NCBI RefSeq assembly: GCF_008065095.1
Contig: NZ_CP042911.1
Coordinates: 4,740,001 to 4,772,000 of the forward strand
DNA: 32,000 nucleotides
From: Gemmata obscuriglobus
Lineage (GTDB): Bacteria; Planctomycetota; Planctomycetia; Gemmatales; Gemmataceae
Direction: 5' to 3'
Below are positions 7,690 through 15,646 of this stretch, in pieces. Numbering within the stretch: the stretch's first letter is position 1; each line of letters begins with the position of its first letter. Below the pieces are notes generated by a model that had not been told where the DNA came from, ran no database searches, and saw only the letters and a list, made by a program, of their open reading frames with translations. Made by a program: the position numbers and the translations under genes.

Positions 7690-8424
7690 ATGTTCATCTT
7701 CCCCGCGATCGACCTGTTGAACGGCCGAGCCGTGCGACTCCGGCAGGGCGACTACTCGCGCGAAACGGTCTTCTCGGACGACCCCGCCGCCGTGGCCCGT
7801 AAGTGGGTCGAACTCGGCGCGGATCGAATCCACGTTGTTGATCTCGACGGGGCTAAAGCCGGTAAACCGGTAAACGGCACCGTTATTCAGTCCATCGTGA
7901 GCGCCGCCGGCGTTCCCGTTCAGCTCGGCGGCGGCCTGCGAACCGATCAGGATCTCGAAACCGTTTTCGGTTGGGGGGTGCGCTGGGCCGTACTCGGCAC
8001 CCGCGCGCTTCAAGCCCCCGACTGGACCCGCGCCGTTGCGAACCGGTACCCGGAGCGCATTGTCCTGGGGGTGGACGCGAAAGGCGGGTACGTTGCCACC
8101 GAGGGGTGGCTCGAAGTGTCGCGCACCAAGGCGACGGACCTCGCGAGGCAGGTCAGTGACGCCCCGCTCGCGGCCGTGGTGTACACGGACATCGCGAAGG
8201 ACGGCATGATGAGCGGCCCCAACTTCGAGGCGCTCGTCGAGATGAAGAACGCGACCCCGCTCCCGGTGATCGCCAGCGGCGGGGTGTGCGAACTGGGCCA
8301 CGTCCGCCGGTTGATCGACGAAGGGATTCCGGGCTGCATCATCGGCCGGGCGCTGTACGAAGGGACTCTCGATCTCGCAGCCGCTCTTTCCTTGAGTCGA
8401 AAGTCCGAAAGTCCCAAGTCATAA
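7690..8424 (+). CDS. hisA: 1-(5-phosphoribosyl)-5-[(5-phosphoribosylamino)methylideneamino]imidazole-4-carboxamide isomerase (HisA)
   Basis: MFIFPAIDLLNGRAVRLRQGDY...HVVDLDGAKAG...ASGGV...GCIIGRALYEG is the canonical HisA (beta/alpha)8 signature. ATG at 7690. Confidence 0.9.
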   Translation: MFIFPAIDLLNGRAVRLRQGDYSRETVFSDDPAAVARKWVELGADRIHVVDLDGAKAGKPVNGTVIQSIVSAAGVPVQLGGGLRTDQDLETVFGWGVRWAVLGTRALQAPDWTRAVANRYPERIVLGVDAKGGYVATEGWLEVSRTKATDLARQVSDAPLAAVVYTDIAKDGMMSGPNFEALVEMKNATPLPVIASGGVCELGHVRRLIDEGIPGCIIGRALYEGTLDLAAALSLSRKSESPKS

Positions 8425-8487
8425 AGTCGAAACCCTGCACCTCACCGTCTTCGACTTTACGACTTCCGACCGAATGACTTGAGGCTC
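8394..8487. repeat. Imperfect palindrome built from AAGTC / GACTT units, spanning the hisA stop codon
   Basis: The left arm GAGTCGAAAGTCCGAAAGTCCCAAGTCATAAAGTCGAA faces the right arm TTCGACTTTACGACTTCCGACCGAATGACTTGAGGCTC. The perfect 10-bp core is TAAAGTCGAA (8422-8431) with TTCGACTTTA (8450-8459). Confidence 0.6.
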
Positions 8488-8508
8488 CTCTCCGCGAGGG
8501 TTCATGTC

Positions 8509-10656
8509 ATGGCCGTTAAGCACCTGGTCGAGAACGTTCGGGACATTGCACTCGTGGGGCACCGCGCCGCGGGCAAGACCAGCCTGGCCGATGCCCTGCT
8601 CTTCGACGCCCACGCGGTCGACCGGCTCGGCAGCGTCGATGATGGCACCTCGGTGGCCGACGCCGACGCCGAGGAGCACAAGCACCACTTCTCCATCGAC
8701 ACGCACGTCCTCCACGCGGACCACGACGGTAAGCACCTGAACATCCTCGACGCGCCGGGTTCGCCGGACTTCATCGGCGCGGCGCTGGAGGCGCTGGCGG
8801 CGGTCGAGACCGCGGTGATCGTCGTGTCGGCGGTCAACGGGGTGGAGGCGGTTACGCGCAAGATGTTCGCCGAAGCGACCGCCCTCGGGCTGTCGCGCGC
8901 GATCGTGGTCAACAAGCTCGACGCCGACAGCGTTGACCTGCCCTCGCTGGTGGAGAACATCCAGGCGTCGTTCGGTAAGAACTGCGTGCTGTTCAACGTG
9001 CCGGACCGCACCGGCCCCGGGATGCGCGAGATCTACTGCCTGCTCGACCCCAAGCAGATCCTCCCGCCCTCGGTGCCGGTGGACGTGGCGCGGTCCCGCT
9101 CGGCGCTGATCGAAGCGGTCGTGGAATCAGACGAGGCGCTCCTCGAAAAGTACCTGAGCGAAGGCAAGGTCACGCTGGCGGAACTCGAAGCCGACATCAC
9201 CCGCGCGCTGGAAGCGGGAACCCTGATCCCGATCTTCTGCGTCAGCGCGAAGAAGGACAAGGGCGTCCGCGAGTTGCTCGACGCGCTCGCTCGGTACGGG
9301 CTGTCGCCGGCGTTCGCCCGCAAGCGGCTCGACGGGTTCCAGATCGGGCACAACGGCTCGACGCACCAGATCGAGCCGACCGAGCAGGAAGAGTTCGTCG
9401 GGCAGGTGTTCAAGGTGGTCAACGACAAGTTCGTCGGGCACCTGAGTTTCGTGCGCGTGATGGCGGGGAAGCTCCAGCACAACCACAACGTCGTGAACCT
9501 CCGCAACGGGCAGACGCTCCGCATCGGGCACCTGCTAGAAGCGCAAGGCAAGGCGACCACACAGGTCCACGAAGCCGGCCCCGGCGACATCGTTGCCGTC
9601 GCGAAGGTGGAGGGGTTGGAGATCGGCGACACGATCGCGTACACGAACCACGCACCGAAGCTGCCCCTGCCGCACTTCCCGGCCCCGATGTTCGGGCTGG
9701 CGATCGAACCCAAGACCCGGGGCGACGAGCAGAAAATCTCCATCGGGCTGCACAAGCTCGCGTCCGAAGACCCGACCGTCAAGGTGACGCACGACGCCCA
9801 GACGCACGAGCTTGTCATCAGTGGGGTGAGCCAGCTCCACCTCGACATCATCCGCGAGCGGCTGAAGGCCCGGTTCGGCGTGGAGGTGAACACGAAAGAG
9901 CCCAAGATCCCGTACCGCGAGACGATCCAGGGTGACGGCGCCGGCGATCACAAGCACAAGAAGCAGACCGGCGGGCGGGGGCAGTTCGCGGAGGTCCACT
10001 TGCGCATCTACCCGCTGCCGCGCGAGATCACGACCCAGCAGCAGTGCGAGGAGCAGTTCGCGAACAAGTCGCGGTTCGAGAAGCTGCGGAGCGTCCATTA
10101 CGACCCGGCGTTCAACTTCGCGTTCCTGGACCACACCGTCGGAGGCAGCATCCCGACCAACTTCATCCCGGCGGTCGAGAAGGGGTGCAAGGAGATGCTC
10201 GAGCGCGGGGTGCTCGCCGGGTACCGCATCCAGGACTGTGCGGTGGAGGTCCACTTCGGTAAGTACCACGACGTGGACTCGTCGGAAGCCGCCTTCAAAA
10301 CGGCGGCCCGGCTCGCGTTCAAGAAGGCGTTCATGACCGCCCGCCCGGCGCTGCTGGAGCCGATCGTGAAGCTCGAAATCACGACCCCGAGCCGGTACAC
10401 CGGGGCGGTACTCGGCGACCTGCCGACCAAGCGCGCCCACGTCGAGAACCAGGACAGCCTGCCGGGCGACATGACGGTGATCTACGCCCGCGCGCCGCTC
10501 GCGGAGGTGGCGAAGTACGCGGCCCAGCTCGGCGGGATGACCCAGGGTCAAGGCTCATACGCGATGGAGCTGAGCCACTACGAGATGGTGCCCGCCGCCG
10601 TTCAGCAGCAGATCGCGAGCCGGGCACAACTCAAGAAGGACGAAGACGAGGAGTAA
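8509..10656 (+). CDS. Elongation factor G-like translational GTPase paralog (divergent G domain)
   Basis: G1 is GHRAAGKTS, G3 is DAPGSPDF and G4 is NKLD. EF-G domains II-V are recognisable (for example GQVFKVVNDKFVGHLSFVRV, ISGVSQLHLDIIRERL, LLEPIVKLEITTP). I prefer ATG 8509 (MAVKHL). Confidence 0.85.
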   Translation: MAVKHLVENVRDIALVGHRAAGKTSLADALLFDAHAVDRLGSVDDGTSVADADAEEHKHHFSIDTHVLHADHDGKHLNILDAPGSPDFIGAALEALAAVETAVIVVSAVNGVEAVTRKMFAEATALGLSRAIVVNKLDADSVDLPSLVENIQASFGKNCVLFNVPDRTGPGMREIYCLLDPKQILPPSVPVDVARSRSALIEAVVESDEALLEKYLSEGKVTLAELEADITRALEAGTLIPIFCVSAKKDKGVRELLDALARYGLSPAFARKRLDGFQIGHNGSTHQIEPTEQEEFVGQVFKVVNDKFVGHLSFVRVMAGKLQHNHNVVNLRNGQTLRIGHLLEAQGKATTQVHEAGPGDIVAVAKVEGLEIGDTIAYTNHAPKLPLPHFPAPMFGLAIEPKTRGDEQKISIGLHKLASEDPTVKVTHDAQTHELVISGVSQLHLDIIRERLKARFGVEVNTKEPKIPYRETIQGDGAGDHKHKKQTGGRGQFAEVHLRIYPLPREITTQQQCEEQFANKSRFEKLRSVHYDPAFNFAFLDHTVGGSIPTNFIPAVEKGCKEMLERGVLAGYRIQDCAVEVHFGKYHDVDSSEAAFKTAARLAFKKAFMTARPALLEPIVKLEITTPSRYTGAVLGDLPTKRAHVENQDSLPGDMTVIYARAPLAEVAKYAAQLGGMTQGQGSYAMELSHYEMVPAAVQQQIASRAQLKKDEDEE

Positions 10657-10878
10657 CGGTCGCGACGAACGGGTGTGCTCTGTCGGTTAGAGAACATGCG
10701 AATTTCGGTTACGCACCAGGGGGGCAGTCGCCCCCCGCTGCCCTGCGCGACCGTTGCAAACGCAAATGCGACCCGCACGTTCGTCATTTGGACAGCGCGA
10801 GCCCTGCTCGCCTGACTGGTGAACCGTCGATACTCCTAAAGCAGGCACCTCTCGCTCGCTCCCTTGGGACCCTCCGCA

Positions 10879-11607
10879 ATGAAAGCGGTTTACGACTTCT
10901 TCATAAACGAGTGGTACTTCTCGATCCCGCTCGTGATCATGTCGCTGATCGCCGGCGCGCTGGTCATTTGGCGGATCTTGCTCAACAACTCCGCCAAAAC
11001 GGACATGGACGACTTCCTGCCCGTGTTCCAGCAGACCCTCCGCAAAGGCGGGGTCAAAGCCGCCATCGCGCTGTGCAAGGAGGAAAAGGGACTGATCCCC
11101 AGCCGGTTGTTCGTTGCTGGGCTCGAAGCAGCGGATCAGGGCGCGGCGGCGATGCGCCGGAGTATGGCGAACGAGAACGAGTTGGAGATCGTCCCGCGGC
11201 TTCACTTCCTCCTCGCGCCCATTCTCGCGATCGCCAAAATCGCTACGATGGTCGGGCTGTTCTTCACCGTCATCTCGATGATCAACACGTTCAATGCCAT
11301 CGGCGAAGGGGCGGCAACCGGTAAGGCGAAGGAGATCGGCGGGCACGCGTCGAAAATTGGCCTCGCGCTGTTCGCCACCGCGCTCGGTCTGTTCACTGCG
11401 ATCCCGCTCGTGTTCAGTCACGTGCTGTTCAAAGAGTGGATCGCCAAGTTCGAGATCCGCGTGAAATCCTCGTCGCAAAAGCTCATCACTCTCGTGACCA
11501 ACTACAAGAAAGACCCCAAACTGCTCGACACCAGCGAGGAAGGCGAGCGAGACGACGAAGACGAGGGCCGCCCCGCCAGGTCCAGGCGGCGCGCGCGGGC
11601 GGACTGA
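10879..11607 (+). CDS. exbB: MotA/TolQ/ExbB-family proton channel protein
   Basis: Three TM helices and the C-terminal signature KIGLALFATALGLFTAIPLVFSHVLF are typical of ExbB/TolQ. Two ExbD genes follow. I prefer ATG 10879; an alternative TTG is at 10864. Confidence 0.8.
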   Translation: MKAVYDFFINEWYFSIPLVIMSLIAGALVIWRILLNNSAKTDMDDFLPVFQQTLRKGGVKAAIALCKEEKGLIPSRLFVAGLEAADQGAAAMRRSMANENELEIVPRLHFLLAPILAIAKIATMVGLFFTVISMINTFNAIGEGAATGKAKEIGGHASKIGLALFATALGLFTAIPLVFSHVLFKEWIAKFEIRVKSSSQKLITLVTNYKKDPKLLDTSEEGERDDEDEGRPARSRRRARAD

Positions 11608-11705
11608 GCCGCGGTGCCATTTGCCGGAGTGTGACGGCAGAGACGTTCCACCTGTTCGCAGCGACCAACCCGCGAAGACGTGCCCCATCCTATGAAGGCC
11701 CCGAC

Positions 11706-12506
11706 ATGGCCGTTGTGAAGCCCCCCAAGGCGTTCGACGTGTGGTTCGTTACCGCGAACACGGTGTACAAGGCCGTGCCGTACAACGTCGTCGCCGACTG
11801 GACCGCGCAGGGCCGGCTCGGCCGGACCGACAAGGTCCGGCCCGCGGGCACGGAAGTGCCGTGGGTTTCCGTCGGCAAGCACGAACTGCTCGCCGATTAC
11901 GTCGCGCGCCCGTCCCCAGCAACGGCCGTTCCGGCGAGTCCGGCCGCAGCACCCGCACGACATCAGGAACCCGACGCGGCCGACGCGCCGGCCGAACGAC
12001 CGAACGAGGCGGTCGAGTTGCCGGACCCGGAACCGCGTGGGCGCGTCCGCCGGCCCGAAGACGACGATGAGGTGGACATGATCCCGCTCATCGACATCAG
12101 CATGGTGCTGCTGGTGTTCTTCATCATGATCCAGGCGTCCGGAGCGCTCGCACCGATCGACGTACCGGAAATGAAGTACGCCGGGCAACTCACCGGCGAC
12201 CCCGACGCCGTGACCATCACCGTCGACAAGCTGAACGCCGAGAGCGTGTACTATTCGGTGCGGGTCGGCAACGTCGCCCCGCGACCGGAACACGACCAAC
12301 TACCCACGCCGGCGGCGGCCCTTCAGGCGCTCCAGTCGCTGCTGAAATCGACCGGCGCCTCTCGCGCTCCGGAAGTGCGGATCGCGTGCCACAAAGGTCT
12401 GCCCTGCGAGCGGGTGGACGAGTTGCAGCACGAGCTTGAGAAGCTCCGGAAAAGCGGGCTGGTCAACTCCACCGTCGCCACCGTCGTCGAGGTCAACGAG
12501 AAATGA
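11706..12506 (+). CDS. exbD: ExbD/TolR-family protein with an N-terminal GYF_2 (DUF4339)-like domain and a Pro/Ala-rich linker
   Basis: The ExbD core is DMIPLIDISMVLLVFFIM followed by a periplasmic domain. The N-terminus FDVWFVTANTVYKAVPYNVVADWTAQGRLGRTDKVRPAGTEVPWVSV has a GYF_2-like pattern. ATG at 11706. The upstream part of the 356-aa ORF is Arg-rich junk. Confidence 0.8.
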   Translation: MAVVKPPKAFDVWFVTANTVYKAVPYNVVADWTAQGRLGRTDKVRPAGTEVPWVSVGKHELLADYVARPSPATAVPASPAAAPARHQEPDAADAPAERPNEAVELPDPEPRGRVRRPEDDDEVDMIPLIDISMVLLVFFIMIQASGALAPIDVPEMKYAGQLTGDPDAVTITVDKLNAESVYYSVRVGNVAPRPEHDQLPTPAAALQALQSLLKSTGASRAPEVRIACHKGLPCERVDELQHELEKLRKSGLVNSTVATVVEVNEK

Positions 12507-13123
12507 GCCAGTGGCAGGTTCGCAAAGAGGGTGCTGTTGAGGTACTCGCGCTGCCCAACGCCGCCGAGGTGCTGGCGGGCCTGCGGGACGGCAACTTCCT
12601 TCCCACCGACGAGGTCAAGGGGCCGACCGATGGCGACTGGCAACCGATCGAGACGCACCCCACGTTCGCGGAAGCCGCCGCAGATGTCGAGCCGCTACCG
12701 CCCGAGGAAGTGGACGACACGCACCTCGACATGAACCCGCTAATCGACGTGTGTTTGGTGCTACTCATCTTCTTTATCCTCACCATCACTTACGCGTCGG
12801 TCGAGCGCGCGATTGAAGTGCCCGAAGACACCCCCGAGGGCAAAGGCACCCCGCGGGTGGAGTACAAGGACATCAAGGACCGGGTGTTCAAAGTCGTTGT
12901 TCGGATGGACGGGGAGCGCCCGGTCATCAAGATCGAGGACAAAGAGGTCGCGAAGGAACAGATCTTCAAAGAGATGGAAAGCGTCATCAACTCAACGGGG
13001 CGTAAGGAGATGGTGCTCGACCGCGATAAGGCCGTACCCTGGGGCGTTATTACAGCAATTCTCGATGCCGCGAAGGGCAATCAGGTCCACCGGATCGTTT
13101 ACAACCAGCGAAAACGAGATTAG
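12503..13123 (+). CDS. exbD: ExbD/TolR-family protein, second paralog, also with an N-terminal GYF_2-like domain
   Basis: DMNPLIDVCLVLLIFFIL is followed by the ExbD periplasmic fold (VVVRMDGERPVIKIEDKEV...VLDRDKAVPWGVITAILDAA). The N-terminus is WQVRKEG...LAGLRDGNFLPTDEVKGPTDGDWQPIETHPTF. An ATGA overlap with the upstream exbD indicates translational coupling. Confidence 0.85.
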   Translation: MSQWQVRKEGAVEVLALPNAAEVLAGLRDGNFLPTDEVKGPTDGDWQPIETHPTFAEAAADVEPLPPEEVDDTHLDMNPLIDVCLVLLIFFILTITYASVERAIEVPEDTPEGKGTPRVEYKDIKDRVFKVVVRMDGERPVIKIEDKEVAKEQIFKEMESVINSTGRKEMVLDRDKAVPWGVITAILDAAKGNQVHRIVYNQRKRD

Positions 13124-13279
13124 TCGCCCCATTCCTCCCATTTACCTCAAGCACCCGAGCTCGAAGCACTGCGACACTCGGAATGAAAATCGGCTCAAGT
13201 CCACCAACCGGTACAACCGATACACTCCGACAACGGGTCTGAACCGGTGTTGGGGAACACTTGTCGGACCGGACGGGGG

Positions 13280-14725
13280 ATGGTAATGAGCGATACGCGC
13301 AACCTTCTGGACCGTATCTCCGCGTTTCGCCAGCGGCTCGACTCGACGCCGAATCTCATCCCCGAAGCGCTCCCGGTGGACGGTACCGGAGCGGTTGTGC
13401 CCGTCGTGTCCGAGGTCGAGGCGTTCCGGTTCACCCTTCGCCGCATCCCTGGGACCGTCGGCGAAGGGGCGACAACGCACTACACCGACCGCGCCCAGCG
13501 GCTCCTGACGCGTGCCAAGGCATTACTGGACCGTCAGCGCACGTTTACCAACGACCCGCTCGTCGCGGCGTGCGCCGCAGACGAAACCGACCCGCTCGTT
13601 TGCTACCACCGTGAGACGGTCGGCATCCTCGACTCCGTGGTGCGACTCGCGCAAGGACTACCCGACTCGGCTGGGGGGCAGCTCAAGCTCTGCGACGGCC
13701 TTAACGGGCTGCTCGGCGTCGTTCAGGACCGGCTCGCCGTCCAAGAGCAGTTGCTCGCGCGCCGCCGCCGCGACGAAGACCGGATCGACAAACTCGCCGG
13801 CTTTTTTACAGCCTTGCACTGCAACTTGCCGGTGGCGATGGAGCCGGTCGCAGCACTCGCTGAAGAGCTGCTCGAAGAGGCGCGGCAGGGGCGGTCCATT
13901 CGGTACCTGTCCGCCCCGGTGATGTCGGCCAGCGCGCCGGGCGGGGCGCAGGCGTATGCGGTGCCGGCGCGGTACGTAGCGGCCCACGCGCTGAACGTGG
14001 CGCAGGTCGTCGCGCGGCTCGTCCCGTTCGATTACGAGTGGGCCGGCCGGCCGCTCGCGCCGGTCGTCGGCGCGCTCGTCATGGATTGCGGGATGCTCAA
14101 GATCCCGGCCGCGGTTTTGGCGAAGACGGAGCCGCTCACGGCCGACGAGCGCCGGGCGATCGAGGCCCACCCCCGGCTCGGCGCGGAGCTGCTCTTGTGG
14201 CGCTTCCCGAACCTCGCCGGCCCGCTGGCGGCAGCCGTTGCCACGCACCACGAGCGGACCGACGGCACCGGCTACCCGGCCGGCGTTGCTGGTACGCAAA
14301 TCCCGGCGCTGGGGCGGTTGCTCCGCGTGGCAGACGTGTACGCCGCGCTCAACGAGGAGCGGCCCCACCGCCCCGCGTCGGACCCGCGCGCGGCACTGAC
14401 CGACGTACTCCTCTTGGCCGAGCAAAGCCAGGTCGACCGCGACTTCGCCGAATACCTGCTCCACCTGTCGTTCTACCCGGTCAACACCGTCGTCGAGTTA
14501 ACCGACGGGCGAGTGGGGGTCGTGGTGGCGAATCACGCCAACCGCATGGACCCGCGGGCGCCCGGGCGCCCGGTCGTCGCGGTTCTGACGGACGCGGAAG
14601 GCGCCATCCTGCCGCGCGCCGAGCACCTCGACTTGTCCGCCTCCGATCGCGGCAGCATCGTGAAAGCGGTGCCCCTCGCGCGCCGGCGCGAGTTGCTCGG
14701 CTCCCGCTACCCGGACCTCGTTTGA
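13280..14725 (+). CDS. HD-GYP-domain protein with a degenerate HD dyad and an uncharacterised ~250-aa N-terminal region
   Basis: HHERTDGTGYP (14246-14278) and RVADVYAALNEER match the HD-GYP consensus. The position of LHDIGK reads VMDCGM (ATG GAT at 14081-14086). The start is ATG 13280 or 13286. Confidence 0.8.
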   Translation: MVMSDTRNLLDRISAFRQRLDSTPNLIPEALPVDGTGAVVPVVSEVEAFRFTLRRIPGTVGEGATTHYTDRAQRLLTRAKALLDRQRTFTNDPLVAACAADETDPLVCYHRETVGILDSVVRLAQGLPDSAGGQLKLCDGLNGLLGVVQDRLAVQEQLLARRRRDEDRIDKLAGFFTALHCNLPVAMEPVAALAEELLEEARQGRSIRYLSAPVMSASAPGGAQAYAVPARYVAAHALNVAQVVARLVPFDYEWAGRPLAPVVGALVMDCGMLKIPAAVLAKTEPLTADERRAIEAHPRLGAELLLWRFPNLAGPLAAAVATHHERTDGTGYPAGVAGTQIPALGRLLRVADVYAALNEERPHRPASDPRAALTDVLLLAEQSQVDRDFAEYLLHLSFYPVNTVVELTDGRVGVVVANHANRMDPRAPGRPVVAVLTDAEGAILPRAEHLDLSASDRGSIVKAVPLARRRELLGSRYPDLV

Positions 14726-14774
14726 TCGCGGTCGGTGGGCGAGCCGCTCACTGACCGCTGACAATCGCTCCGAA

Positions 14775-15491
14775 ATGAAATCGTACCTCGCGGCAACGCG
14801 ACACCCTTGGGTCTGTTTTCTGTTTCTCTTGCCGCTCATTGCAGCCTACGAGGGTGGCCTGTACCGAATCGGAGGCGACCAGGCGACTCGGCTCCGCAAC
14901 GGTGCCGATGCGTGGCTCCGGTGGGTACTTGAGCTGTTCGGCGCTGGGCACGTGCTCGTCGCACCGCTCATCGTACTCGGGCTGCTGCTCCTCTGGAGTT
15001 GGTGGCGCTGGTCCGACCGGCCCGAAGACCCGCTGACGGCGCTCTTCGGAATGGCGTTCGAGAGCGTGCTGTTTGCGGTCGTGCTGTGGCAGTTCAGCCG
15101 CAACTTCGGCCCGATTATCGACGGCCTGGGCATCAAGCTCCAACTCACCTTCCAAACCGCCCCCGCGGCCCAAATCCTCACCTTCATCGGTGCAGGCATT
15201 TACGAGGAAGTGCTGTTCCGGCTCGGGCTGTTCGGTGGTCTCGTGTTGCTCCTGCGTGTCGTCGGCCTGCCGGGAGTTGCGGCGCTGCCGTTAGCCGCGT
15301 TCGCAGCGGCTCTGGCGTTTGCAGCAGCTCACCACGTCGGCCCCTATGGCGAGCCGATGCGTGCGGACTACTTCGTGTTTCGCACGATCGCGGGGCTGTT
15401 CTTCACCTCGCTGTTCGTGTTCCGTGGGTTCGGGATCGCAGTGGGCGCGCACGCCGGCTACGACATTCTCGTCGGCGTGGTCGTTAGTTGA
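14775..15491 (+). CDS. CPBP-family (CAAX/Abi) intramembrane glutamic protease
   Basis: Polytopic protein. Motif 1 is IYEEVLFRLG (EExxxR), motif 2 is FAAAHH and motif 3 is GAHAGYD. Confidence 0.85.
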   Translation: MKSYLAATRHPWVCFLFLLPLIAAYEGGLYRIGGDQATRLRNGADAWLRWVLELFGAGHVLVAPLIVLGLLLLWSWWRWSDRPEDPLTALFGMAFESVLFAVVLWQFSRNFGPIIDGLGIKLQLTFQTAPAAQILTFIGAGIYEEVLFRLGLFGGLVLLLRVVGLPGVAALPLAAFAAALAFAAAHHVGPYGEPMRADYFVFRTIAGLFFTSLFVFRGFGIAVGAHAGYDILVGVVVS

Positions 15492-15646
15492 ATCCGTATT
15501 CGATGCGGTGCGACGCCGGGTGGTCTTGGCCCGAAATCGGCTTGCGGGCGCCTGATTGTGTGCGCCCGTCAGCCGTTGCACTTCGCACCGCGAGCCGCAC
15601 TCGTTACGAACGCGCGGGGCGGTCCGTCAGCGAACCAGAGCACGCC

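Noticed and set aside
10719-10736. GGGGGGC-AGTC-GCCCCCC hairpin about 60 nt after the EF-G paralog stop, as a terminator.
   Set aside because: The stem is only 7 bp, it is a homopolymer-type pairing, and no T-tract follows. This is not enough to call a terminator.
13206-13248. Two AACCGGT sites 36 bp apart upstream of the HD-GYP gene, as an operator.
   Set aside because: A 7-mer occurring twice in GC-rich DNA is within chance expectation, and there is no supporting symmetry beyond the ACCGGT core.
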